This document shows, piece after piece, positions 1 through 13,869 of a stretch of DNA of 64,000 nt. The stretch is taken from NCBI RefSeq assembly GCF_009914755.1, contig NC_060948.1. The stretch is one strand, 5' to 3'. The position numbers were made by a program, and so were the translations under genes. The notes under the pieces were generated by a model. The model was not told where the DNA came from. It worked only from the letters and a program-made list of their open reading frames with translations, and did no database searches. The DNA comes from the human T2T-CHM13v2.0 reference genome, Homo sapiens. Each line of letters begins with the position of its first letter. Position 1 is the stretch's first letter.

Positions 1-814
1 CACTTTGATCCACTCCACTCAACTCCACTCCACTCCAATCCACTCTGTTCTGTCGCATTCCATTCCATTCTTTTAGATTCCATTCCATTCTGTCGCATTC
101 CTTTCCATTCTGTTAGATTCCATTCCATTCTGTTCAATTCCATTCCATTCCACTTCACTCCATTCCATTCCAAGCCATTCCACTCCATTCCGCTCTACTC
201 CCCTCCAATCCATTCCACTCCACTCCACTCCATTCCATTCCATTCCCAACCATTCCACTGAACTCTGATCCACTCCACTCAAATCCACTGCATTCTACTC
301 CACTCCATTTTGTAACATTCCGTTCTGTTTCAGTCTGTTCTATTCCATTCTGTCCAATTCCATTCCATTCTGTTCCATTCCATTACATTCCATTGCATTC
401 CACTGCAGTGTGATCCTCTCCACTGAATTCCACTCCACTCCAATCCACTCCACCCTGTTCCGTTCCATTCCATTCCATTCCAATCCATTCCCTTCCATTC
501 TGTTCCATTCCAATCTATTCTAATCCACTGAATTCCATTCCACTCCACTCCACTGCACTCCACTCCAATCCACTGCACTTCATTCCATTCCATTCTTTTC
601 CATTTCATTCCATTCAATTTCACTTCATTCCATTGCATTCCATTCCACTCCATTCCATTCCATTACCCTCCACTGCACTCCACTCCATCCAACTCCACTC
701 CATTCCACCGAACTCCATTCCACTCCACTCAATTCCACTCCACTCCACTCCATTCCATTCATCTCTGCTCAATTGCGTTCCATTCTACTACATTGCCTTC
801 CCTTCCTTTATTTC

Positions 815-869
815 GACTGGATCTCACTCTCTCACCCAGACTGAAGTGCGTGGCATAATTTTAGCTCAC
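815..869 (-). mobile_element. Alu 3'-end fragment, class G
   Basis: gactggatctcactctctcacccagactgaagtgcgtggcataattttagctcac. Confidence 0.8.
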
Positions 870-2264
870 ATTTCATTTCGTCCTTCTATTCCATTCCATT
901 ACATTCCATTTCACTCCATTCCATTCCACTGCATGCAACTCAATACCACTCCATTCGGCTCCACTCCATATCACTCGACTGTATTCTACTCCACTCCACT
1001 CCATTCCACACACTTGCTTTACAATCCAATCCATGCCATTCCCTTCTACTCAATTCCATTTCATTCCTCTATTTTGACCAGGTCTAACTCTGTCATTCAG
1101 ACTGGGATTCAGTGGCACAACCTAAGCTCACGTTTTCTTTCACAATTCCATTCCATTCCATTCCATTCCATTCCATTCCATTCCATTCCATTCCACTCCA
1201 CTGCACTCCAATCAATTCCATTCCACTCCACTCCATTCCATTCCAATCCATTCCATTCCACTGCACTCTGATACACTCCATTCAAATCCACTCCACTCCA
1301 TTCCACTCCGTGCTGTTCTGCTCCATTCCATTCCATTACATTCCACTCAATTCCAGTCCACTCCACTCCACTCTACTCAAGTCCACTCTACTCCACTCCA
1401 CAGCACTCCTCTCCACTCCACTCCATTCCAGTCCATTCCACTCCACTCAACTCCATTCCATTCCACTCTATTACATTCCATTCCACTGCACTCCGATCCA
1501 CTCCACTCAACTCTAATCCACTCCACTTTACTCCACTCCGTTTTTTTCCATTCCATTCTGTTCCAATCCATTCCATTCCATTCCATTCCATTCCACTCCA
1601 TTCCATTTAATTCCACTGTACTCCAATCCACTCCACTCCACTCCATTCTATACCATTCCATTCCACTTTACCCCGGTCAACTCCAGTCAACTCCACTCCA
1701 CCCCACTCCATTCCTTTCCAGTCCGTTCCATTCCTTTCCACTCTACTCCATTTCACTCCACTCCATTCCACTCAACACCATTCCACTCCACTCCATTCCA
1801 TTCCATTTCATTCTACTCCATTCCATTCCTTTCCATTACTTCCACTGGATCGCACTCTGTCACCCATACTGCAGTACAGTGGAACAATCTTAGCTCACCT
1901 TTCATTTCACCATTCCATTCCATTCCATTCTATTCCTAACCAATCCACACCACACAACTCCACTGAATTCCACTCCAGTCCGTTCTTTTCCGTTCTATTC
2001 CATTCCGTTCCATGACATTCCATTCCGATTCATTCCATTTCATTGCAGTCCACTCCATTCCACTGCACTCCACTCCATTTCATTCCACTCCATTCCATTC
2101 CACTACAGTCCTTTCCACCCCATTCCATTCCATTCCATTCCATTCCAGTCCATTCCATTCCATTCCAATCCATTCCATTCCATTCCATTCCACTCCATTA
2201 TACTCCATTCCTCTGCACTTCATTCCAATCCATTCTACTCTATTCCATTCCATTCCTCTGTTTC

Positions 2265-2320
2265 GACTGGACCACACTTTGTCACCGAGATTGGAGTGCA
2301 GTGGCACAATCTTAGCTCAC
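2265..2320 (-). mobile_element. Alu 3'-end fragment, class G
   Basis: gactggaccacactttgtcaccgagattggagtgcagtggcacaatcttagctcac. Confidence 0.8.
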
Positions 2321-4378
2321 ATTTTATTTCATCATTGCATTCCACTCCTTTCCATTTCATTCCATTCCATTCCATTCCATTCCACTCCACTCCACTCCAT
2401 TCCATTCCACTCCATTCGATTCTATTCTATTCCATTCCAGTGCATTCCACTCCATTGCACTCCACTCCAATTTTCTCCACTCCATTCCACTCCACTCCAC
2501 TCCATTCAACTTCATTCCATTCCACTCCACTGCATTCCAAACTTTTCTACTCCATTCCACTCACTTGCTTTATTTCCACTGGATCCCACACTGTCTCCCA
2601 GAGTGGAGTGCCGTGGCACAATCTTACCTCTCATTTCTCTTCACCATTCCATTCTATTCCATAGCATTCCACTCCACTCCATGCCAGTCCAAGCCACTCC
2701 CATCCACTCCACTGAAGTCCACTCGTCTCCATTCCACTCCACTCCACTGTATTCCACTCCATTTCATCCCACTCCCCTCCCTTCCACTCCACTCCATTCC
2801 ACTCCACTCCACTTCATTCCACTCCATTCCATTCCACTCCACTCTTTTCCATTCCATTGTACCCCATTCCATTCTATTCCTTTATTTCAACTGGATCTCA
2901 GTGTGTCACCCAGAGTGGAGTGCAGTGGCACAATCTTAGCAGCATTTCATTTTGTCTTTCCATTCCATTCCATTGTTTTCCTTTCCATTCCACAGCATTC
3001 CAAAACAATCCACTGAAGTCCACTCCACTTCTCTCCTCTCCACTCCATTCCATTCCATTTCGTTCCATTCCATTCCACTCCACTCAACTACTTTCCACTC
3101 CATTCCATTCCATACCACTCCATTCCTCTCCATTCCTATCCACTCCACTCTGCTCCAGTCCTCTCTATTCTACTCCAATCCTCTCCTCTCCACTCCCTTC
3201 CACCCCACTCAACTCCATCGCATTCTGTTCCGTTCAATTCCGTTCCATTCCATTACACTCCATTGCATTCCACTCCATTCCACTCCACTCTACTCCACTC
3301 CTCTCCCTTCCATTGCATTCCATTCGAGTCCATTCCAATCCATTCGACCACATTCCATTCCACTCCACTCCATTTCACTCCACTCCACTCCATCCCATTC
3401 CATTCCACGCCATTCCATTCCATTCCAGTCCATTCCATTCCACTCCATTCCACTCCAATCCACTACAATATACTCCAATCCACTTCATTGCAGTCCACTC
3501 CACTCCACTCTACTTCACTTCACCCCAGTCCTCTCCATTCCATTACACTCCACTCCATTCCATTCCATTCCATTCCACTCCATTCCAGTCCATTCCATTC
3601 CACCACAGTATGCTCTATTCCATTCCATTCCATTCCATTCCACACCAATCCACACCACTCTAATCCATTCCATTCCATTCAATTTCACTCCACTCCACTA
3701 CACTCCATTCCTCTCCAATCCATTCCAATCCACTGAACTCCACTCTACTCCACTCCACTTTACTCCACTCCACTCCTCTTCACTCCTTTCCATTCCACTC
3801 CACTTCACTCCACTCCACTCCATTCCACTCCATTTTATTCCACTGCATTCCACTCCACTCCATGTCATTCCATTCCACGCCACTCCATTTCACTCCACTC
3901 CATTCCTTTCCTTTCCATCCCATGCTATTCTGCTACACTCCATTTCACTCCATTTCATTCCACTCCATTCCTCTTTATTTCATTCCATTCCACTCCAGTG
4001 CACTGCATTCCACTCCACTGCACTTCTTACATTCAATTACATTCCATTCCACTCAATTCCTTTCCACTCCACTCCAATCCACTCCAATCCACTCCATTCC
4101 ACTCCCCTCCACTTCACTCCACGCCACTCCACTCCAGTCCACTCCACTCCACTCCATTCCACTCCATTCCACTCCACTCCATTCCATTCCATTCCACTCC
4201 ACTCAACACCCCTCCACTCCTTTCCACTCCACTGCACTCTACTCCTTTCCACTGAACTCTACTACGCTCCACTCCACTCCATTTCTTTCCATCTGATTCA
4301 ATTCCACTTTTTTCCACTCCACTCCAGTACATTCCATTCCATTCCATTCCATTCCATTGCATTCCAATATTTTCTTTC

Positions 4379-4434
4379 GACAGGATCTCACTCTGTCACC
4401 CATGGTGGAGAGCAGTGGCACAATCTCAGCTCAC
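4379..4434 (-). mobile_element. Alu 3'-end fragment, class F
   Basis: ccaatattttctttc followed by gacaggatctcactctgtcacccatggtggagagcagtggcacaatctcagctcac. Confidence 0.88.
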
Positions 4435-7400
4435 ATTTCATTTCCCCTTCCATTCCATTACGTTCCATTCCGTTTCATTCCATTCCATTGCATTTTCCTT
4501 CATTCTATTCCATTCCACTCCACTCCACTCCACTCCATCCACTCCATTTCATTTTATTACACTCCACTCAATTCCATTCCACTCCACTGCACTCCATTCT
4601 ATTCCACTCCACACCACTCCATTGTATTCCACTCAACTCCACTCCATTACAATCCACTGCACTCCATTCCATTCCACTCCACTCCCCTCCATTCCAATCC
4701 ACTCCACTCCACTCCCTTCCATTCCATTCTATTTCACTCCATGCCACTCCATTCCATTCCACTCTACTCCACTCCACTCCACTCCAATGCATTCCTCTCC
4801 ACTCCACTTCATTCTACTCAACTCCTCTCCTCTCCACTCTACTCAACTCTGCTCCACTCCTCTCCATTCCATTCAACTCCATTCCATTCCACTCCACTCC
4901 ACTACATTGCATTCCATTCGACTCCACTGCACTCTACTCCACTCCACTTCATTCCATTGCATTCCACTCCACTCCATTCCATTCTATTCCATTCCATTGC
5001 ATGCCATTCCATTCCATTCCATTTCTTTCTTTCAACAGGATCTCACTATTTCACCCTGGCTGGAGTGCTGTGTACAATCTCAGCTAACATTTCTTTTCAC
5101 CATTCCATTTCATTCCGTTAAATTGCATTTAATTCCACTCAACTCCACTCCACTCAAATCCACTGCATTCCACTCCACTCCATTCCATTCGGTACCACTA
5201 CTCTCCAATCCATTCCACTCCACTCCACTCTATTCCACTCCTCTTCACTCCATTCCACTCCACTCCACTCCATTCCTCTGCACACCGTTCCATTCCATTA
5301 AGTTCCATTCCATTCCACTCCACTCCATTCCACTCCACTCCATGGCATTTCACTCCACTCCACTCTATTCCATTGCATTCCACTCCAATCCTTTCCATTC
5401 TACTGCATTCCACTACATTCCTTTCCTTTCCTCTGCACTACACTGCATTCCACTCCACTCCACTTCATTCCACTCCAATTCACTCCAATCCACTGTATTC
5501 CAGTCCACTCCATGATACTCCATTCCACTCCACTCCACTTCACTCCATTCCACTCCACTCTATTCCAATGCACTCCACTCCCGTCCACTCATTTCCACCC
5601 AACACCACTCCACTCCATTCCATTCCCCTCTACTCCACTCCATTCCACACCATTTCATTCTGTCCCATTCAATTCTATTCCTTTCACTCCACTCCACTCC
5701 ATGCCATTCAAATTCATTCCATTCCAATATTTTCTTTAGACAGTATCTCACTCGGTCACCCATGCTGTAGTGCAGTGGCACAATCTCAGTTCACATTTCA
5801 TTTCCCCTTCAATTCAATTCTATTGCATTTCATTCCATTCCATTCCTTTTTGCTCCACTCAATTCCATTCCACTCTACTCTACTCCACTCCTCTCCCATC
5901 CACTCCGTTCCATTTCATTCTACTCCATTCCATTCCATTACTTTCTTTTGACTGGATCTCCCTTTGTCGCCCAGACTGAAGAGCAGCGGCACAATCTTGG
6001 CTGACATTACATTTCTCCACTCCGTTCCATTCCATTCCACTATATTCTATTCCACTGTACCCTATTCCATTCCATTCCAATCCACTCCACTCCACTCCAT
6101 TCCATTCCATCTCCTTGTATTCCGTTTCACTGCACCGCACTCCAACCTAAGCACTTAACTCCACTCCACTCCACTCCTCTCCAATCCATTCCATTCCATT
6201 CCACTCCACTTCATTCCATTCCAGTCCACCGATTCCACTCCACTCCACTCCACTCCAATCCATTCCATTCCCCTCCACTCCATTGCATTCCACTCCACTG
6301 CACTAAATTCCATTTCACTTTTCTCCAATCCATTCCATTCCATTCCACTCCACTACATTCCACTCGAATCCACTCCACTCCTCTTCACTCTGCTCCACTC
6401 CATTCCATTTCACTCCATTCCATTCCACTACATTCCACTTCATTCTATTCCACTCCACTCCACTCCATTCCATTCCACTCCACTCCATTCCATTCCACTC
6501 CTTTCTACTCCATTCCACTCCACTCATTCCATTCCAATCCAATCCACTCCACTCCAATCCACTCCACCCCACTCCATTACACTCCATTCCACTTCATTTC
6601 ATTCCACTCCATTCCATTCTATTCCACTTCCATTCCATTGTATTCCATTCCACTACACTCCATTTCACTCCATTTCACTCCACTCCATTCCTCTCCATTC
6701 CATTCCATTCCACTCCACTCCCCTCCATTCCGTTCCTCTCCACTCCACTCCATTCTGTTCCATTCCATTCCCTTCGATTAAATTCCATTCCATTCCTTTC
6801 AACTCCACTGCATTCCATTCCACTCCACTTTTCTCCATTCCATTCCAATCCACTCTACTCCACTGCACTCCACTCCACTCCATTCCATTCCACTTCATTC
6901 CACTGCACTCCACTCCTGTCCACTCCATACCATTCCATTCCATTCCACTCACCTGCACTTCAGTCAACTACACTCCACTACAGTCCATTGCATTCCACTC
7001 CACTCCACTCAACTCCATCACATTGCACTGTGTTCCATTCCATTCTACACGTTTCCACTCCACTCTATACACTCCATTCCATTTCATCCCATTCCACTCC
7101 ACTCCACTCCATTCCACTCCATTCCACTACACTCCACTCTACTACACTCCATTTCATTCCATTCCATTCCACTCCATTCTACACCACTCCACTCCACTCC
7201 TCTGCACTCCTTTCCATTCAACTACACTCCACTTCATTGTTCTCCTCTCCACTTCAATCCACTCCATTCCATTCCATTCCACTGCACTCTATTCCACTCC
7301 ACTACTCTCCCATCCATTCCATTCCACTCATTTCCTTTCCATTCCACTCCTTTCCCGTCCACTTCACTGCACTGCCCTCCGTTCCACTTCACTCTGCTCC

Positions 7401-9872
7401 ACTGCACTCCACTCCATTCCATTGCACTCTATTCAATTTCACTTCATTCCACTCCAGTTCACTCCATTCTATTACATTCCATTCCACTCCGCTGCATTCC
7501 AGTCCACTCCACTCCACTTCATTCCACTCCATTCCATTCCAGTCCACCCACTCTACTCCATTCTATTCAATTCCATTTCATTCCGCTCCACTCTACTCAC
7601 TTGCATTCCACTGCTCTCCACTCCACTCCTTTGCACTCCACTTCACTCTTCTCCATTCCTCTCCACTCCACTTCACTCCCTACCATTTCTCTCCACTCCA
7701 TTTCATTCCACTCCACTGCACTCACTTGCATTCCACTCCACTTCACTCCAATCCATTCCATTCTACTCCACTACATTTCACACCACTCCACTCCTTTCTA
7801 CTCAAATCCAATCCATTCCACTCCATTCCATTCCACTCCACTACAGTCTATTCCAATCCACTGCACTCCACTCCATTAAACACTTTTCCATTCCATTCCA
7901 TTCCATTTCATTCCATTCCACTATATTCCATTCAATTCCATTGCATTCCAATCCATTTCATTCCATTCCATTCCATTCACTTCCATTCACTTCCTCTCCA
8001 CTCCATCCCACTCCATTTCACTCCATTCCATTCCACCCCACTCCACACAACTTCACTCTACTCCGCTGAATTCCATACCAGTCCATTCCTCTCTACTCCA
8101 CTCCACTCCATTCCTTTCCATTCCATTCCGTTCCACTCCATTACACTCCACCCCACTCCACTGCAGTCCTCTCCATTCCACTCCATTCCATTCCATTCCA
8201 CAGCAGTCCATCCATTCCACTCCACTCCACTCCATTCCATTCCACACTACTCCATTACACACCACTCCACTCCATTCCACACCACTCCAGTCCATTCCAG
8301 TCTGCTCCATTATACGCCATTGCGCTGCATTCCACTCCACTCCACTCCAGTCCACTCCACTCCACTCCAGTCCACTCCTCTTCATTCGATTCCATTCCAT
8401 TCCCTTCCATTCCTCTACACTCCACTCCACTCAACTCCACTCCAATCCACTCCTCTCCATTCCATACCATTCCGTTCTACACCATGTCTCTCCACTCCAC
8501 TCATCTCCACTCCACACCACTCGTCTTCATTCCATTCCTTTCTAAAACTTTCCACTCCTATCTACTCCACTCCATTCCGCTCCATTCCACTCCATCCCAT
8601 TCCATTCCACTCCATTCCACTCCACTGCACTACACCCCACTCCACTCAACTCCACTCCATTCCCTAAGAATCCATACCACTCCATTCCACTCCACTCTAC
8701 TCCATTCCATTCCACTCCATTGCACTCCACTCCACTCAACTCCACTCCACTCCACTCCATTCCATTCCACTTCACCCCACTCCACTCCTCTCCATTCCAG
8801 TTGTCTCCACTCCACTCCTCTCCATTCCTCTCCCTTCCACTCCACTCCACTCGACTCCACTCCTCTTCACTACACTCCATTCCACTCCACTCCACTCCAT
8901 GCATTCCACTCCATTCCATTCCATTCCCGTGCACTCCATTCCATTTCATTCCACTCCACTCGATTCCATTCCATTCCCTTTCACTCCATTCCATTTCATT
9001 CCACTTCACTTGATTCCGTTCCACTCCCTTCCATTCCACTCCCTTCCATTCCACTCCAATCCATTCCATTCCATCCCATGGTATTCCACTCCATTTCACT
9101 CCCCTCCACTACACCCCAATCCACTCAACTCTACTCCATTGCATAAGAATCCATTCCACTCTATTCCACACCATTCCATTCCATTCCATTCCACTCCATT
9201 CCTCCCCATTCGACTCCATTCCACTCCCCTCCACTCCATCCCATTCCACTCCATTCTACTCCACTCCATTCCACTCCACTGCACTCCACTCCACTCCACT
9301 CAACTCCAGTCCACTCCAATCCACTCCACTCCATTCCGTTTTATTCCATTTCATTCCATTCCATTCCAATCCATTCCGTTCCATTCCATTCCATTCCTTC
9401 CCATTCCACTCCACTCCATTCCAATCCACCGCATTACACTCCAATCCACTCCACTCCACTCGATTCCACTACATTCCATTCCATTCCAACCCATTCCATT
9501 CCACTCCACTCCATTCCACTCTATTCCATTCCATTGCTTTCCATTCCATTCCACTCCACTCCACTTCACTCCACTCTCTTCCACTCCATTTCTTTCCACT
9601 CCATTCCATTCCATTCCTTTCTTTACACAGGATCTCTCTGCGTCAAAAAGTCGGAAGTGCAGAGGCACAATATCAGCTCACATTTATTTTCACCATTCCA
9701 TTGCATTACATTCCATCCCACTGCTTTCCACTTTTTTTCACTCCACTCCACTCCATTCCATTCCACTCCATTCCATTCCATTCGACTCCATTGCACTCCA
9801 CTCCACTCTTTTCCACTGCACCTCACGCCACTCCATTTCATTTCATACCATTGCATTCCAATCCTTTCTTTT

Positions 9873-9928
9873 GACAGAATATCACTGTGTTACCAAGTTT
9901 GGAGTGCAGTGGCACAATCTCAGCTCAC
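9873..9928 (-). mobile_element. Alu 3'-end fragment, class B
   Basis: gacagaatatcactgtgttaccaagtttggagtgcagtggcacaatctcagctcac plus linker attacctgccaactttc. Confidence 0.82.
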
Positions 9929-10770
9929 ATTACCTGCCAACTTTCATTGCATTGCATTCTATTCCATTTCATTGAATTGCATTGCAAGTCATTACATTCC
10001 ATTGAACGGAATTGCCTTGCATTGCATACCATTTCATTCCACTGCACTCCATTTCATTCCATTCCACTCCACTCCACTCCACTACATTCCATTCCCTTTA
10101 ATTACAATCCACTCCACTCCACTCCATTCCACTCCAATGCACTCCACTGCACTCCCCTCCATTCTGTTCAATTCCTTTCCATTTCTTTCCATTCCACTGA
10201 GTTCCACTCCATTCCATTCCATCCCTTTTCAATCCACTGCACTCCACTCAGTTCCACTCCATTACACTCCATTCCATGCCATTGATCTCCACTCCACTCC
10301 ACTCCTTCCCACTCCAACTTACTCCACTCCAGATCATTCCATTCAATTCCCTTCCACTCCAATCCACTACACTCCATTCCATTCAATTCCACTCCATTCC
10401 AGTTCATTCCACCAAATTACACTCCATTCCACTTCATTTCACTTCAATCCACTCCACTCCATTCCGTTCCCCTCCATTCCATGCCATTGCTCTCCACTGA
10501 ACTCCACTCCACTCCACTCCTTTCCACTCCAACCCACTCCAGTCCAGTCAATTCCACTCAATTCCATTCCACTCCACTCCATTCTACTTCATTCCATTCC
10601 AATCCTTTTCCCTCCACTCCATTTCATTCCACTCCACTCCATTCCATTCCACTCCTCTCCATTCCATTCCTGTGCACTCCACTCCACTCCACTCCATTCC
10701 ATTCCATTCCACTCCACTCCACACCACTCCATTCCATTCGATTACATTCCTTTCCACTCCACTCCACTGC

Positions 10771-11600
10771 ACTCCATCCTAGTCCACTCTACTCCATTCA
10801 ATTCCATTCCATTCCATTCCACTGCACTCCACTCAACACCACTCAATTCCTCTACATTCCACTCCTCCATTCCATTCCATTCCCTTCCATTCAATTCCCC
10901 TCCACTCCACTCCAATGCACACCACTCCATACGACTCCACTCCATTCCAATCCAGTCCATTCCATTCTATTCCACTCCATTCCATTCCACTCCACCCAAT
11001 TCCATTCCAGTCCACTCCACCCCCCTCAACTACACTCCATTCCATTCCATTCCACTACACACCCCTCCACTCCATTCCATTAATTCCATTTCCCTCCACT
11101 ACTCTCCAGTCCATTGCTTTCCATTCCATTCCACTCCATTCCACTCCACTCCCCTCCAATCCATTCCACTCCATTCTTTTCCACTCCACTGCACTCCACA
11201 CTAGTCAACTCCACTCCACTCAATTCCATTCCATTGCATTCCACTGCAGTCTACTCAATTCCTCTCCACTGCACTCCTCCAATCCATTCCATTCCTTTCC
11301 ATTGCATTCCACTCCACTGCACTCCGATGCACAGCATGCCATTCGACTCCGCTTCACTCCAATGCAGTCCATTCCGTTCCATTCCATTCCACTCCATTCT
11401 ATTCCACTCCACCCAATTCCATTCCATTCCACTCCACTCCACTCCACTCAACTCCACTCCATTCTATTCCTTTCCAGTCCACTCCACACCACTCCATTCC
11501 ATTCCTTCCATTCCACTACACTCCCCTCCACTACATTCCATTCCACTCCATTCCCCTCTACTCCACTACACTCCATTGCATTCCATTTCATTCCACTCCA
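10771..11600 (+). repeat. Diverged ~420-bp tandem duplication in Alu-free satellite
   Basis: Markers recur in order: ctagtc at 10779/11201, the register-shifting actcctcca at 10861/11273, and acccaattcc at 10994/11411. Confidence 0.7.
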
Positions 11601-12966
11601 ATCCACTCCACTCCCCTCCACTCCTCTCCATTATTTTCAACTCCACTCCATTTCATTCCACTCAATGCTATTCCGTTTCACTCTGCTCTATTCCATTTCA
11701 TTCCATTCCATTCTATTCCATTCCATTCCATTCCATTCTTCTCCATTCCATTCCACTCCATTCCATTCCACTCCACTCCATTTCATTCCACTCCACTCCA
11801 CTCCCCTCCTATCCATTATACAATACTCCACGCCACTGTAAACCATTTCACTCCATTCCATTCGACTGCACTCATTCCATTCCACTTCACTCCATTCCAC
11901 TCCGTTCCACTCCACTCCAGTCCATTCCATTCCATTCCATTCCACTCCGTTCCACTCCTCTGCATTCCACTCCTCTCCATTCCTCTCCACTCCATTCCAC
12001 TGAACTCCACTTCCTTCCACTCCAGTACACTCCAATCTACTTCAGTCCACTCTACTCCATTCCAGTCCTCTCCACTCCACTCCATTCCATTCCTATCCAT
12101 TACACTGCACTGTGGTCCACTCCAATCTACTCCAATCCATTCCGTTCCGTTTTCTTCTGATCTGTTCCATTCTGCTCTGTTCCACTTAACTCCACTCCAC
12201 TCCACTGCATTCCATTACATCCGATTACATTCCACTCCATTAAACTCATCTCCACTCTACTACTCTCCACTCCACTCCATTCCACTCTATCGCATTCATT
12301 TCTGTTCCATTCCACTGCACTCCATTCCACCCCACATCCCTCTTCTTCATTCCATTCCATTCCAGTCCACACCATTCCATTCCTTTCCATTCCATTCCAT
12401 TCCATTCCACTCCACACCTCTCCACTAAACTCCACTCCATTCTATTCCATTCCATTCCATTCCATTACAATCCACTCCACTCCACTAATTCCCACTCCAA
12501 TCCACTCCACTCCATTCCATTCTGTTTCATTAAATTCCAGTCCATCCCATTCCAATCTACTCCATTCCATTCCATTCCACTCCAATCGACTCCACTACAC
12601 TCCATTCCACTACATTCCAATACATTGCATGCCATTCCAGTCAACTCCAATCCAACCCAGTCCACTCCAGTCCACTCCACGATATTCCATTCCACCCCAC
12701 TGCACTCCACTCCATTCCAATTCACTCCATTGCTATCCTTTCAATTCCACTCCATTCCATTCCACTCCCCTCCATAATATTCCACTCTGCTCCATTCCAT
12801 TCCAGTGCACTCCACTTCATTCCATTCCACTCCACTCCACACCACTCCATTCCATTCCACTCCTTTCGTTTCCACTCACCTGCACTCCACTCCACACTAG
12901 TCAAATCCACTCCACTTCTCCATTCCATTGCAATCCTTTCCATTCCATTCCACTCCACTCTACTCC

Positions 12967-13034
12967 AATGAAATGGAATAGAGGGGAATCGAATGGAATG
13001 GAGTGGAATGGAATTCCACTGAATGGAATGGAAA
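12967..13034 (-). repeat. Inverted (GGAAT-strand) satellite micro-segment
   Basis: aatgaaatggaatagaggggaatcgaatggaatggagtggaatggaattccactgaatggaatggaaa, the only G-rich tract on + in the window. Confidence 0.95.
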
Positions 13035-13869
13035 GTCAGCTTTCCATAGCTTTTCAGTCTATTCCATTTCCTTCCATTCCATTCCACTGCATTCCATTCC
13101 ATGCCATTCCATTCCATTCTATTCCATTCCATTGCACTACACTCCACAACACTTCAATCCACTCCACTCCACTCCATTCCACTCCACTCCAGTCCACTCC
13201 ACAATGCTCCACTCCACTCCACTCCATTCCACTCTACACCACTCCACTCCATTCTATTCCACTCCACTCCACGCCACGCCAGTCCACTCCACTCCATTCC
13301 ACTCTACTCCTATCCCTTTCATTCTATTCCACTCGACTCCACTCCACTCCACTCGAATCCATTCCACTCCACTCCACTCCATTCCTTTCCATTCTATTCC
13401 ACTCCAATCCACTCCATTCCACTCCTTTCCATTTCATTCTATTCAATTCCATTCCATTCAACTCCACTCCAATCCAGTACATTCCACTGCACTCCAATTT
13501 ACTCCATTCCATTCCATTCCACTGCATTCCACTCCATTTCACTCCACTCCATTCCACTCTACTGCAATCCATTCCATTCCATTCCAATCCAATCTATTCC
13601 ATTGCACTCCACTCCATTCCACTCCTCTCCACTCCACTCAACTCCATTCCATTCCACTCAACTCCATTCCACTCCACTCCATTCCGTTCCACTACACTCC
13701 ATTTCATTCCACTGCAATCCATTCCATTCCATTCCACTCCATTCCCCTCCATCCCATTCCTTTCAATTCCATTCCTTTCCACTGCACTCCACTCCACTAA
13801 ACTCCATTCCATTGCTTTCCGTTCTATTCCAGTCCATTCCAATCTATTCCACTCCATTCCATTCCACTC

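Noticed and set aside
12960-13035. Heat-shock element created by the inversion junctions
   Set aside because: The GAA and TTC triplets are not in the GAAnnTTCnnGAA spacing at either junction.
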